A stretch of 57,078 nucleotides of DNA, filler included, from Sphacelaria rigidula (lineage: Eukaryota): assembly GCA_964200075.2 (NCBI GenBank). It is 4 parts of 4 records of this genome, joined end to end, with 100 filler letters (N's around TTAATTAATTAA, not from the genome) between each part and the next. Parts side by side here need not be neighbours in the genome. Positions count along the whole stretch, not along the records: positions 1 to 14,197 come from CAXNAA020002392.1; positions 14,298 to 28,491 come from CAXNAA020002393.1; 2 more parts are not named here. One strand, given 5' to 3'. The first letter of the stretch is position 1; every line of letters starts with the position of its first letter. Below are positions 9,639 to 23,400 of this stretch, piece after piece. Below the pieces are notes generated by a model. That model was given only the letters and a program-made list of their open reading frames with translations. It did no database searches and was not told where the DNA came from. Position numbers and translations under genes: made by a program.

Positions 9639-12600
9639 CTGCACCAGAAATAGATGTACGGATGTGTACGATAGGCGTGGAAGGGGACAAATGTGATGGC
9701 CCCGCTTTAATATTCGAAAAAAGAATGGCCGCCGCGGAATCATGCAATAATTTCACCAAGTGATGGCCAACCGCCACGACACGTACGTCCTCGTAAGCGG
9801 GATGTTACAGGATAAATGCACATTGTTCACCCGGAGTTGAATGGCCTGGCAAAATTTTCCTTCTGCGTGTATTTGTGTGAGAAAGAACCACAGGACATGT
9901 TTCACGATGCACGACATTCAAGACATTGAAATATCAACGATCGACGTCGGAAAGAAGTTAATTTCGGGGGGGAACTCATGCGTTGGGAAGGTTCGAGCCC
10001 TCAGACAACCATGCGCCAGCAGCCCCCCCTCATTTTGGCCGGGAGTTCCGAATACGCGAAGTTTGTGGTGGAGACAGAACGCCTGCAGAGGAAAAACCGG
10101 TGCCACGCTGTTGCCACGCGTCACAGGCATTCTTTTATGAACAGTAGTCACCACCATTGCTGTCCCAGGACAGGATCTGCTCATCACTAATTACACTGTA
10201 CAGTGCGGTGGCCGTGACCGCGCCTACAGCAGTAGTACATGCATGTTGTGATAGGGTGTGGCGTATTTGGTGGGGTTCATGAAACATTATACGGACAATC
10301 GGCATCCCGTCGCGACGTAGGTTTTTAGTGACGTGCGATATTGAAGGCGCACGCAAATCTCTGTGGCGGTGACGGATTTCTCTGGCGTTTGCTTCCCCCC
10401 CCGGCCTTCAGTTCATGTTCTTGTGTTTTATCGAGTTCTTCACAGCCAGTGTGGTTTAGAGTGAAACGTTTCTTTTGTGGTTGATTTTTGGGACCCTATC
10501 GTAGATTGGGATTATTTTAGAGTGCTCTTGTGTTCCGATAGCATCGGCCAGGCAAGGCCCCCTATCTTCTCTGGAATGCAAAGCCCACGCAGGAGGCATC
10601 CGATAAGTTGTACGTATTATTGGAGGCACGTGGGGGTGTCACTGAATGGTGTTTCGATTTTGTGTGCTGACTATTGCCGAACGTTTCCCAGCCCATTGTT
10701 CAACTGAGCAGGACGAGCACAACAAGTTGACACGAACACACATGCAACGCGCATAGCACCGCTTCGGTGAGCTAGTCTCAAGCACAGACTCCTGCTTCCC
10801 AAGGAGGAGCTCATGCCATTGAGAGTCGGGGTAGGGAGTGCGCCCATAATCGCGGTTTGAGTTCTGAGTATGCCAGCACGAACTGCTTCGCAGTCCTGTC
10901 CGCTCATGAAGGTCAGCGCCTATACTCGCGATAACAATTCGTGGTGCGTCCGAGCGGCCTACGAGGAGGAGAACCCACGCCCATACTAACACGCCGAAGC
11001 TACGATTGAACACACCACTATACACGTTATTGGCGTAGAGACTCGGCGATGATATCAAACGGTATTTTGTACCATGGCAGTGTGCTCGAAACACAATGCA
11101 AAACAATTTAGAAAACGGGCTAAACCAAAATGTGAGGTCCAGCGTGGGTGATACCCCGATGTGGGCGCAAAAAACTGTGAAACCAAACTTTTTTACGATC
11201 CGAATATTTGCCTGGTGGCTTGGCTTTGCAGTACGAAGCAAACATGGTGCTGCCGCCCACCGCGAAAGCGCTCCACCCCCAGTCGACGTCAGTCTTACAC
11301 GGCACAGCAACAGAAAGCGTGGCGTCACCACAGTGGGGGGTGCGGCAGCAAAAACGACAGCGAGAAGCCTGCTGCGGACAGTCCTTACCGAGTGCACCTC
11401 TGGTTGTTTTACAGTAGAGTAGGATACGAGCTGTACCGTGGTAAGATATGGGTTGCACAGTACAGTGTTTTTGTGTTCAATAATACTGAGGCCTTTTTTG
11501 AGAAATTGTTTCATGTAGGGCGCGGATTCCGTTTGAAACGGTTCAAGGGGGGCGCACGTCCTTGGGAGAGAGACGTCCACATCAGCACGGAAAGCTGGCG
11601 CTACAGACAAAACCCATGGCTGAGGCGCCCGAACGGGGAAGGATGCATGGTACTGGTGCCTAGGTAGCGCAAAATATACGATATTCATCATTCCACGCGG
11701 ATTCACGAAAAGATTGGCACTTTGTGCGTCGAGCTGGTAGTACTGTATTGCCTGCGATACGCAAACCACGCCTCGGCAGGGCTGGAAGCCGCGACGCATC
11801 CGTGAAAATTGACGCTCGATATCTGTTGCACTCTGAGAGCAAGTGAAACGAATGACAGCTGCAGGACCGGCGGGGTAGAAACGGGCCGTGGTCATAACGG
11901 CTGGGTCTGTTGTTAGGATGGACATCAAAGGTGCACACTAAGTGCGGAACGTATCGGAGGAAAGGGCCAAGAAATACTCAGCCGACATCTCCAGATATGT
12001 TCGCCCCACGAATTGTTTTCTGACGCATGACACACCGCCCGCGCTTTTGGCGTTGCTGAGCACTCTATGACATTTCCATGTGTTGAATGATTAGCCGGAT
12101 TTTCCTCTCCCGGTAGGGGAGGACGCAAGGAGAGGTCAGGAAGGGGCTTCGTATGTGCCCTTCGCACCACCGCGGCGGGTGATGTTGCCATGCCGGCGGC
12201 GCGGGGTGGTGGAGTGGGATCGCTGAGTACCACGGAGGGCCCTGCTGGTCATGCGGCACAACGGGGACAACAGGTAGCAGTTGAAGGGGAATCGACGATG
12301 TCCCGCGCGAACCCAACAACGCATGGATCGACGCAACGGGAAAACGCAATTTTGGAAGATTAGGAACATGAGAAAGCCGATTGCGAGGCTTTGCATGCTG
12401 GCGCCAATCCCTCTTGTATTCTCGGTTCCTATGGTTACGGCACGTTCTCTTTTTCCTTGCTCCATCATCCTGAAACCTGAAAATTGAAAGTGTTACGCCC
12501 GGTCGCCCACAACACACAACCCTCTTCGCGGTCGTGAGTCAGCGAGCTCGACCAGTACTACTATACTTCGCTTCCAGTTTGCATGACTCGCAGCAGAATT

Positions 12601-12729
12601 TCAAAACCTTATCGGCAACGTGCCTGTCCCAAACAACATATTTTCATACTTCAAACTATAGGTCATCGAGGATTTGGAACATCTTCGTTCGTGGGAATCC
12701 ACGGCGTTTCAGTTTTTCATTCCCCAGTT

Positions 12730-13012
12730 ATCCTACGGAGAACGCACGGATGATAGTTTCACGGAGTGGGTTAAACCGCTCCGTAGAAAAACACTTTTCA
12801 CGGTTCCAATCGCGCAGCTGTTATCCATACGGAGCGGAGCGGATATCCGCACATCGGAAATTCACGGATTACGGAGTGGATATTCACACTTCATTATGTC
12901 ACGGAGCAAAGCAGATTTTTGTGGTATGTTACGGAGCGCATATCCGCTTGTGAGGAAAGTCACGGACTGTCACGAAGCAGATATCTGCTCTCTACAAAAT
13001 GTCATGGAGCGG
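12730..13012. repeat. Degenerate array of a palindromic ACGGAGCGGATATCCGC-like motif (probable transposon subterminal remnant)
   Basis: Recurring units: CACGGAGTGGGTTAAACCGCTCCGT, ACGGAGCGGAGCGGATATCCGC, ACGGAGTGGATATTCAC, ACGGAGCGCATATCCGC, ACGAAGCAGATATCTGCTC. Confidence 0.55.
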
Positions 13013-13299
13013 TGTAGGTTGACAAACCGCGCCGTATTATTGATTCGCTGTGCGAATTTACTTTTGATCTGTACACACCCAAGGTTGTTGGCCTGATCAC
13101 TTGGAAGAGTCAGGAGCGCAATAAGAAGTGTACGAGTACCAGCGCAGAGATCCAGAAACAGGCCGGAAAAACTCGGCAATGAGTAGCAGGGGGAGAGTAT
13201 TGACGCCCAACGTGCGTAATATAAACCATGTCGATTGAGGGGTTGTTCTGGCTACAGTAGAATAGTGCTACAGCAGTGTTGTAGTCGTCGGAGGTGGGC

Positions 13300-13740
13300 A
13301 ACATGAACTTTTATCCCTGCAGTCCTGGAGATCTTCGTCATATGATGAAAATCTGGCGACATATGAGTGATGTATGCAATGTGCTTGACATAATTCTGGA
13401 CAAGAGCTCAAGGAAAAAATGTTGTATCGGATGTCTGTGCAAAATAAGAATTTCAGTTTCGACCACTCGGCGTTTTGCGCCTTTTCCAACAAAAAGAAAT
13501 TGGATTGAAGCATTTCTGCTGGAATCGGAGAGAACACAAGAAGCCTCGCTCTTCATCACCCGATACAGGCATTCGTACCATTATTCTATCACCTGGAGGA
13601 CACGGATTTATATATGTCATACACTATTTTCGTCACATTTTGCCGATGACACAGTATTATATAGGTGTCTATCGTTTCAAATAAGTTTTTTCTGTCTCAT
13701 CATGTGACCACGGCTGGATCCCTGGCGGATCAGGTAACCC
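13300..13740 (+). mobile_element. Degenerate LINE (RTE-like) 3' remnant
   Basis: Ends in CATCATGTGACCACGGCTGGATC, nearly identical to the 3' motif of the RTE-like fragment at ~26110-26132 (-), and is preceded by T-rich sequence. The 5' boundary is a guess. Confidence 0.45.
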
Positions 13741-14197
13741 TTGGACGGCGAGGGAAGTCCATCTGGATAACCAGTGAGCGCTCACTGGTTCAATGGGTAA
13801 ACAGTTCACTTCCTGAACATCCCTTTGCCGATGCCTTGCAGCGTGCAGTGAACATGCACGTAGTTGGCGGGGATCAACAAGCTGTGCCCGCCGATCGTCA
13901 CATCTTGTTGAGAGCTCCCTTCGGCGAGCCATACTGCTTGATACATCTGTACATTACCTAATGCGCACCCGACCCGAATTACAGTTTGTACCTGCACCTT
14001 AAAATAGAATGGATAAAACTTCGGGTCTCCCTCGCAACCCTGAGGTCTGTTTACCACTTTGTAAGTATTGAAGATAGTTCTCGGAAAGTTATGGTTTGTG
14101 CAGGTGATGATGAGCATGATTGTTATTCGGGCAATGGCCTAGAAAAGGTATACCTTCTCGTTTTTTACCTAAGAGAGGTACGAAAAATGGCCAGAAA

Positions 14198-14297
14198 NNN
14201 NNNNNNNNNNNNNNNNNNNNNNNNNNNNNNNNNNNNNNNNNTTAATTAATTAANNNNNNNNNNNNNNNNNNNNNNNNNNNNNNNNNNNNNNNNNNNN
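14198..14297. other. Artificial contig spacer N44-TTAATTAATTAA-N44
   Basis: 100-nt block whose linker has stops in all six frames; identical blocks at 28492 and 42786. Confidence 0.98.
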
Positions 14298-14421
14298 CCC
14301 CCAACTCAACCATCAGAAGGTTACGAGGTTACCAATTGAGCCACCGGGGCGACCGGCTACTTGCTGTGCGGAAAAATGATGACAACTGATAATACGTGTT
14401 GATTGCCTTTATAATACTTAC

Positions 14422-17400
14422 TTTTCTGCCTCGGCTTCGATGCCCTTGGTGATTCGAAGCCTCCGAACGTACGCCCTCAGTCCACGCAACGCCGACTCAG
14501 CCGCTACCCCGGGTTTTACCTCCAAGGGCTTCGGCAAAACCCACGCTTCCGTTCTAGAACCATTGCTCACAGCACCAGTTGCAGATGTGGTGAGCGACGA
14601 GGTAGTGGAACCCGCACTGCCTTCTGCGCACGCTTCACGACCAGTGGCTCGCCCTGGGTTCGCGCCCGCATCGCCAGTGATTCCGACTAGACCATTTCCG
14701 ATGTGTGAGGCGGCGTTCACCATCATGCCGATACTATTTATTTTACCGTTGGGGCTGGTGAGCGTGTTGTTCGACGATGACTGTGGCGTTGCGATGGATG
14801 CGGCGGTGTTGTCGGAGAATTGAACGGGTGTCATAGTGACAGGGTCCATGACGTCTTGCCATGTAGCAGCCACTTCAGCCTCTGTCTGGGTCAACTGCGG
14901 ACGAGACGGTATCCCAGAACGTCGTACGCGTGAGACAGTATAGCGCCCCCCTGTTCTGCCGTCCGTGTTTGCATTCGGACGGGTCAGATAGGGGTCTCTG
15001 GTCACGTCAACGTATCACAAGGCATGCGCTTGCTGCAAACCACATCAAGATACTGAAAACCGATATTTATGGCCTTTTTCTACTGTTTCAATGGACGAAC
15101 AACGAGAAATATTTGTGCATATTTTAATACTGAATTCCGTCAAACAAAACACACTGAGTTCCAAGAAAATCCCCCCTCCGGCCAACATCTGACATCCGCA
15201 TGAAACACAGAAAGCAAAAAGGACAGCATACAATATGGTGAGAGTCAGCAAACCCATCCAACATTCTCGAAATAGAATTTAGTTACAAGGTTTTTTCAAA
15301 GTGTTCATCATTGGATAACTTTCCTCCGTCCTGATGGCATTGACCATATCACGTTGGCTCTTGTGCGCCGCGCTCTTGAGAGTTGACGCAACTCGGGCCT
15401 GGACAACATTGTCGCTGACGTCAGATTGTCCGTCGTTTTTGGAAGTCACTTCCATCAAAGTGCGTACGCGTCTTTCCAGCCGCAAAACCTGGGTCGACAA
15501 AAGCGTAATGGGTGCACAACGTTCGCGGGGTGTGAGAGTGCGCAGGAGCCTTCGAGAACTGGTTTGGAACCAATACACACCGCGATCAAAGTCAAGCTAA
15601 CCCCCTCCGCACACTAAGCCAAGCTAACCCTGAGCTGGGTATCCACCGTTTCCATACTTATTCAGTCATCGTAGATAGTATGAGGCGTCAAGCATAATTG
15701 ATGAAGCCGTGAGTCTGACAGTTGATCGATTCATTGATGGACGATTGATTGTAGCGTGTTAACTGATCCCCGAAGGATACAGTCGCGATCACGAGATAGA
15801 CGTACCCAGGTAAACAACACGATAAAAGTCACTGGACGAAACTCGAGAAAATTATACACAAATTGACGAACACCGCGTTTAGTTTTTGAGTACTCCTCGA
15901 CGCCACGCGTATTCCGCGCGCTGATACTGCAGACACAGGTCATTGTCCATCACGCGGTGTTGCATGAATTATCAGACTTCTGCTGATTAATTTGGGTACC
16001 GCCCTTAAGAGTTCAGGTCAAGTCGCTGACTTTCAATGACGCGCGGCGAAACTAAAGCCAATATCTACTCGGTGCAGCCGTGGACGAACGTCATCACAGT
16101 TTTTGAAGAAATAATCCGGCAAAATAGACCCTCCGTTGGCTGTTTCTGCCAATGGTCATGATTCAACGGCAGAAACTGAGAATAATGGGTGAGTAGGACC
16201 ACCATATTGCTTTCCACATCGATACATACTTCATGAAGTAGACCGAATATGGTGAACTATGACTGCGCGGTCCATAGTAGCGTCTGCCGTCTCCAGAAAT
16301 ACGCATACTCTTTTTTACCTCAACCGCCAGCACATCCTGTTGCCTTAGCGCCCCCTCCAGGGTCGAGTGTAGCTCTCGCCTTCGATCCTCCTGTTCCACG
16401 GCTTTGGATAACGTTCGAAGCGCCGTTGCACCTCCTCCGCTGCGAGATGCATTTTCTTCGTTCTTCGGCAGGAAAACGAGCAAACACAGTGGTGACTAAC
16501 TCACCGAGGCATACCGTTGGGATCTACGACCTGCATATCTCGAAAAAAAAAGCAACATACTGCTGCAGCTGCAGCGTACGCGCAATGTGTACCTCCACAA
16601 GCTACACTGCCAGACGGGATATATAGGGTGACGTGACAGTCCATCGTCCCGTCGTGAACGGGATACAACACAGCTGACTCTGTGCACCCCGCACAGACAA
16701 AAAAGGCATGCTGAATAATGACTGCAAATGTTCAACCATGCATGCTTGAAAAACAGACATCTGCGCATCCCACTTAAGGCGACGTCAAACCGCGCAGGCT
16801 CCGACCTCAGCCAGAGAACGACTTACGAACACAAGAACCCCAGACAGATTCACATGTTGTCAGTCAACAAATTACATCGAGCATCCCTCACTCATCTCCA
16901 GAAAACAAACAGCGGAGTTTCTGTGGAACAAAATACCTATGCGGGCATCCTGCATGACCAAAAGCGAAATGTCTCGGAAGATTGAACATCCCGAAAAAAA
17001 TACGCACAGCACATGGCGAGATTGACGGCTATACAGACTGGTTCCTTCTTTTTGCAGTCATCGAGTTAACCCACCTTCTCAATAATGTCTTGCGGAACTT
17101 TCATGTACAACTCCGCTAGCAAAAACACCAACCCGTCAAGAGACACGTACGGCTCGCGATGAGCTACACCGCCTCGGCGGTCACCGGCTGCGGGAGCATC
17201 GATCTCTTCCCAAACCATGCTGGTATTCGGCATTCGGTCTGAGGAATGGCTGTTTCGCTTCCCGGTACCACTGGCGTTGGCGTCGTTTGTCGTATCAGGA
17301 ATGCCGCTTGCAACCTCTGGTGGCTGGCTTGACGATGTTGTGATCTGCGTAGGTGAGCCCGATTCTGCTGTGGCGTTCGGGCTGTGACTTCCCGAGTGGC

Positions 17401-20400
17401 TGTCTCCCTGCAGAGGTCCTGTCTGCCGGTCGTTTTGATCGCCCTCGTCTTGTGATGGTGGTAATGCTAGAGAGACGAGGTGCTTCGCGTCCAGTAGCAC
17501 TTCTGTTTCGGAGGGAGTGGAGAGAAAGCAAAATGTATCGGGACGACGGAGACACAAACACGGGAATAGACGCAAGGCTCGGAAATAGGACTGAGGAGTC
17601 GTTGGGTGAAAACAGCGGGAATGAGCAAATGGCTTCAGGTGTATGTCTGTCCAGGAACTTGGCTCGAGGCGGACAAATGCGTCAACCATAGACACTGAAG
17701 AATGTGAAACCGCCTGTATCCGTTCATCCAACGGCTGACAACACGGGGTGACCCTGCCGTCGACGGTGAACGGTTTGTCCGAAATGAAGAGAATGCTAAG
17801 CGTTTCGGGTGCGCTAGTTTAGAAGTACACCTCCAGCATAACGAATGGCGGGCGGACTTTGTTCGATACCAAGAGCTACTCCAATTCCCCTTGCCGTCGG
17901 TACATAAGGTCAACCGGATAGTGGCTTGACTAGGTGATGTTCGGGCGAGCGTGTTGTACAGTGAAGGTTGACGTCAAACTCCCGTGACCGGCGTCTATCA
18001 TTCTGTATGTCCACGATTATAGGCGGAAACAATTATACGAAATATTGTTGAGTTACTGTCTTTTTCCATTTTGCGGGCAGGAAACGCTGCTGCCACCTAC
18101 TATCGCGAGCGCGAACGAACGTGTACAAGTACTGCCTTTGAAGCGCTCCTAGCTGAATTCGTTGAACTAACTCGCCCGGCAGTTATGGGGGAACCCACGT
18201 TGTCTTATTTGATCGCCAATTCAAAACCCAGGAAACGAGATGCATTCGGTCTGATGACTTCTACCTCTTTGTCGAGGAGAGAGATTATCGCGTGAATGGA
18301 TCGACGTCGTGCTCGATCACCGGCCTCAACGTGCACCACGTACAGATACTCGTGGATGAACAGCAAACGAAGGAAGCCTTGCCGAAGCTGCAAAATTGAC
18401 AAATTATCCTGTCAAGTACTGCTGCGCTTTCCTCTCGTGTTTCAACACTGCCTTGCATCTTCGTGCTAAGTCCAACTTAGATATGATATTAATACCCATG
18501 CGGGATATCGGTAAGTTACAGTATTAATGTTCATCTGGGATTTCCACCCGAGGTGTCAGATTCACGCAGGGCAGGCATCTGGAATATTCTGACTTCGGGT
18601 TTGGGGGCAGGATTGGGCTGGGGGTAGGGTTAGGTGTCCCAGGCGGGCATTCACAGCTCAGGCGGGTGTTTGTCTGGGGTAGTCAAGGTTCAGCTAGTCA
18701 CTACAGGTTATCTGAAATCTCAAGTATTCCTCCCACTTGAATATCCCGAAGGGATACCACAGATGAATCTGACTTCCCAGGTAAGCATCCCCGATGAATA
18801 TCCATATCCCAGATGGATGTCTAGAAAGGTCACCCCTCATGGGCATCCTAGATGGATATCCATGTCTCGAATAGATATCCATATCCCAGATGGCTGTCCA
18901 TATCCCAGTTTGTCATGACGTATCCCAGATGGACACTCCACGTGGTAACCTCAAAACGTTCTCACCGTTGGGCCGTGGGTTCGAATCTTGGTGTCGTTGC
19001 ACGATCTCGGAATTGTTTTCTCGCACGATGCCCAACACTGAAGAGCGACTTTGTCGTGGGTACACAAATTCGACTTCACGGTAGACGAGGGAAAGGGACG
19101 GCTGAACCCTTCCTCGATCAAAAAAGAGGAGGCAAGCACCGCAAAGGAAGGTGAAGTACTAAAACGAAATAAGGAAAAAAAAACTCCTGTGTTGGCCTTC
19201 CTCGCGTGTGACCCCGGCTGATGCGCCCACCTGTACCGAACAGTGTAGACTGACGTCCAGAATAGATGGGATGGCAACATACACACGACACATGGAGGGC
19301 TCAATATAAGTCAAGCTTCCCTATTTCGATACCTGTCCTCGATGTATATCTATGCTTCTCGTCACAACTTCCGATGAGCAGCAAAAACGCCACCGTGAGA
19401 CAGCCTCGCTCCGTAAGCCACGGCTGGGCGGCGCCCCTGGGGAGGACTGGGTGGCACAGTAAAATCACCTCGCTGCGGAGCGGAGGCCGTTCAGTTGTGG
19501 TATGCGGGACCCTGTAAAACAACATCGCGTACAGGCAGAGTGAAGGAGCAGAAAAGGGGTGTACATGCACGATGCGTCGTCCCATATACGCCATGCCGCG
19601 GTGAAAACGCCACTGAATGCGACATCCTCCAGAGATACTTGGCACGTGAAAAGGTAGAGAAGGTTCCTATGACCGTGAAATATGAATCCGTGAAGATTTC
19701 AGGCACTTCACAACCACGACGTATTTGAAGATGGTTCGACGATAACACGTCTTGGTATCTGCAAATGAAGTTCAGAATGGACTCACGGACAAATGTTCCC
19801 AAGTTAACTTGGTTATCCCCATGGAAGGGTCAACAGTAAATTGGGATGATAGCCGAAACATTCGTTGATCAAGACAACAGGGAAATCATCAGTGGGGTGA
19901 TCGCTCCCGCCCTTCTTTGCGGATTGGTCCCTGGACCAGTGCCCACAATACAGCGGAATGTTTGGCAGGCAAGAACCCCCAGCGCGGGTGGGTGAAGACA
20001 TGGGCGTCATCGCCCACGAGCTGGCCCTACTAGCTGGGCATGTTCTGCAATTCTAGCGCAAACGACCTCAGGGAGTGAGTGTGCGTTGCGCTTGTCATTT
20101 CTGTATACTAGTTGACAAATCCTGGATGTTTTGAACCCAATGTGTGTGAATCTCAACTATACACCCTTGCTTCCTGCGTGCTCTGAATATTTTCCTGTTT
20201 CTGGAGAGCCGGTATACGCGGTGTACGTGCGGCATTCCGTACCTGTTTTTCAAGTCCCGGAGACGAAGGCCGAGTAGACGCTCCGCCATATCCCTCACGT
20301 GAAGGACAAGGGATAGGGCCCGGTCATTATGGAGTTCTCGCAGCAACAGCGAGAAATGCTCCAGCTCAGGAAACGATGCCCGCAACCTCTCCAGACCGAC

Positions 20401-23400
20401 CATAAGATCTAGCGCAGTCTTGAAAATGTATTGATGTATTGATTGGTTGATTATCTCAGATTAGTATAGGATTGGGTGAATGAGCGCACGGCAGATTGGG
20501 ATCACCCCAAATTACGATGTGAGGTACACCTGGACGGTGTGTGTAACGGTCGCGCGAAAGCTACAACATTGCCTCATGTTCCATCTGGGTACAATACTCG
20601 GCCGGTCTTTTCAGCGCGTTTAGATGGGAGTGCATCGTGAATGCGGATCTGGACTCACTGTTGCTGCGTAGTTCAGAGGTACTTTCAGGATGAACACCTC
20701 GCACATATTTCGTTTGAACCGTGCCTGGCCACGGGTACGTGTGAGGCACGGTGCCACAGTGCGGTGGATACCATGACATCTTCACAACAACATCACCAAG
20801 CTATTGCACCTGGATAGCCATGGGCTTCACCCCGAATCGTTCCAGCAAAAAGGTCGCCAAGAACGAAGGCATGCTCAGTGACGACGCCGCTACCGGAGCT
20901 GCGCTGACGCCGCCAGTACCCGCCCCGTGCGCGCCTCCGCGATCTGCTGAGCTGTGCAGTTCTTGCAACCGCCTACGCTGTCGCCGGCGTCGCCTTTGCT
21001 CCCGATCATCGTCCCGTTCGCCCTGAGCTCATCAACAAGCGTACTTTGTTAGCATCAAGCGTACGGTCGTACCATCCGGCTGACCGGATGGTTTGTTAAC
21101 GTTATCTGGAATATCATTGTTTATGTTTCCTGCACAATCTGTACTCGGTAGGATTGGCGTTGAAAGCTGCTTTGACGGACCATGTGGTCGCATTAGAGTC
21201 TTGAGGATACATGGGGCCTTCGACCGCATCTTTCGGAGACCACCACATCACCGAAGGAAATATGACATAATCCCGAAGAATTGGGTCTGGTGAGCGAGCA
21301 CGGGAAGGAAATACTGACCTCTTCATGCACCTCAAGATTTTTCGCCTGTGCTAGACACCAACGATCAAGCTCTGTCGCGCAGGCTGCCGCTCTCGCCGCG
21401 GCCCCTGCACGACCGAAGGAAAGCACACGAGACACAAACGCCTGCGCTTGATGCTTGATATCAGGGAATAATATACCTTTCAATCGGTACGGCCTGACAC
21501 TCAAGGGTACGCATTTCAACTCGACACATTTTATGGTGCCGATAATTGTGCGAAGTGAACAGTCTAACTCGTATATTTCGAATATTTGAAGCGACGGTCC
21601 CTCGAAACAAAAATCCTATGAACGGATGCTCGAAATTGGGTTACGGTTTGTCGCGACTCCGTATGACAGTGCAAGATTAACTTGAGGAGAGAGGTTGAGA
21701 TAGCGACCAATCTGAAGACTGCAGGATGCCGCTTTTGAGAGGCTTGGCTAGCTTGCCACGTGATTCGGTCGATCAATTCGGTACACAAAAACGGATATCG
21801 TGATAAGATTGAATTCTCATGGGCCAGTTCAACCATCATCGATACCTTTGTCGTATTCCTGAGGTCACAAATGTCTACCCACGGTATTGTATTCGTCTCA
21901 CCAGCAGCGGCGCGGCGGGCATTTCGCTCTGCCCTTACGCCTCCCGCTGCCGTCTCTGCTTCGGCCTTCCTTAGAGCGTGCAGCACGTTCTCGTAAAACT
22001 GCAGCATCCAGGTCGGAGTACGATCCTTGGGATGAACTCCTTCCAAAGTTTCGGCACACATACCCATGGCCTCGCAAAATTGAGGATACCGACGAATCAT
22101 GCATTCAGCATGCACTACACCGCCGCTCGCCATCGATCTCGATCGTTTCGGTGAAACCACTGCTTTTTTAGACGCGTTGCTACTTGTGCTTACGCCGCCA
22201 CTGCGGCGAACGGTACCCTTCCTTGTCAGGTGTACATCGGTAGAATCGACATTTTGCCCGTGTTGCTTCACGGAATTCAAAACCCGACCGTTGCAAGAAA
22301 CTCGTGCGTCCTCGGGCGACTCGGCAATACGCCGTGGTGCTGCTACTGGTGGCGGCCGTTGACCACTATGTTGTATTTCCCGTTCACTTGTTTCTCGATC
22401 GCCGACTGAGTCATGTTCTTCCCTATGCCGTTTCCCAAGTGTACGGAGGGGTACCTCGATCCCCACAGAGCTGATACGATTGAGTGGAGAAACACCGTCA
22501 CTCAGTTTGGTCGCGGTTTGGTCAACAACCGCATCGCCAGTTTGAGTAATAACGTTGACACCTGACATCGGTTGTTGCTGGTCCACAACTGGTGCTCCTG
22601 ATGGCTTAGATGTTTTCCAAGGTGGTGCGGGCATAGGCTTGCCCAGTGATGTCGCGATGGCCTTTCCGAGGCTGTACTGCCCTTCTTTGAAGGCATATGA
22701 TGATTGGAAGAGCGACGCAGCCTCTGAAGCAAGCTGGTTACAAGGGGTCAGGCTGCCTGCGCTGGGATGGCCCCGCTGTTAGATCCAATGTATGGCGAGT
22801 GTACGGTGATCGCAAAGAACACCAACGATCAGTAGAGACAAAGAACGAATCGGAAAATTCGCAGACTGCAATCGCTTTGCTGTTCGATGGTTTGGTGCTG
22901 TACTGCGTCAGTGAAAATATTCTCAGGACACTTTGCCCAGCATACTCTAGAGCTGAATTCCAGTTGTGCCGCGGGTCAGGTTTTCGTATGAATTTTCGAA
23001 CAAAGTCGAGATGCCAAGTAACGCTTGCGAGATGAAACACTACCTCCATCGGTGACTGCAACGCGTGTTGTCGCCGCCGGTTACGTGCTCGACTGTTGGC
23101 ATCCCTCACACCATATACTACTCTACACCAAAAGCGTCATGTTGCCTCGCATGCAAATAATGCCATGCACAAGGTCAACGTGCTGTACCCAGCACCCATG
23201 CTCCTTCTTCTAGTAGCACAAGTGCACACTAAAAAGACGTTACATTTACCTGCGCTAGGGCGATTTCAATAAAAGACAACTTGTCGATGTACGGAAGTAG
23301 CATCTTTTTCGCTGCTAGCTCCGATGCTGTCATCCTCGCTGAATCTGTGGTCTCTGGGCCCCCTAGTCCTTCAGATCCTGCAGGGCGCTCGTGTCCGTGT

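Noticed and set aside
13806..13960. Possible terminal exon (GNVQMYQAVWLAEGSSQQDVTIGGHSLLIPANYVHVHCTLQGIGKGMFRK*) on the - strand
   Set aside because: Protein-like, but no recognisable family and no partner exon before the contig end; cannot be supported.
14242..14253. TTAATTAATTAA palindrome repeated three times at ~14.3-kb spacing
   Set aside because: Synthetic six-frame-stop linker inside N padding; the regular spacing reflects size-sorted contigs.
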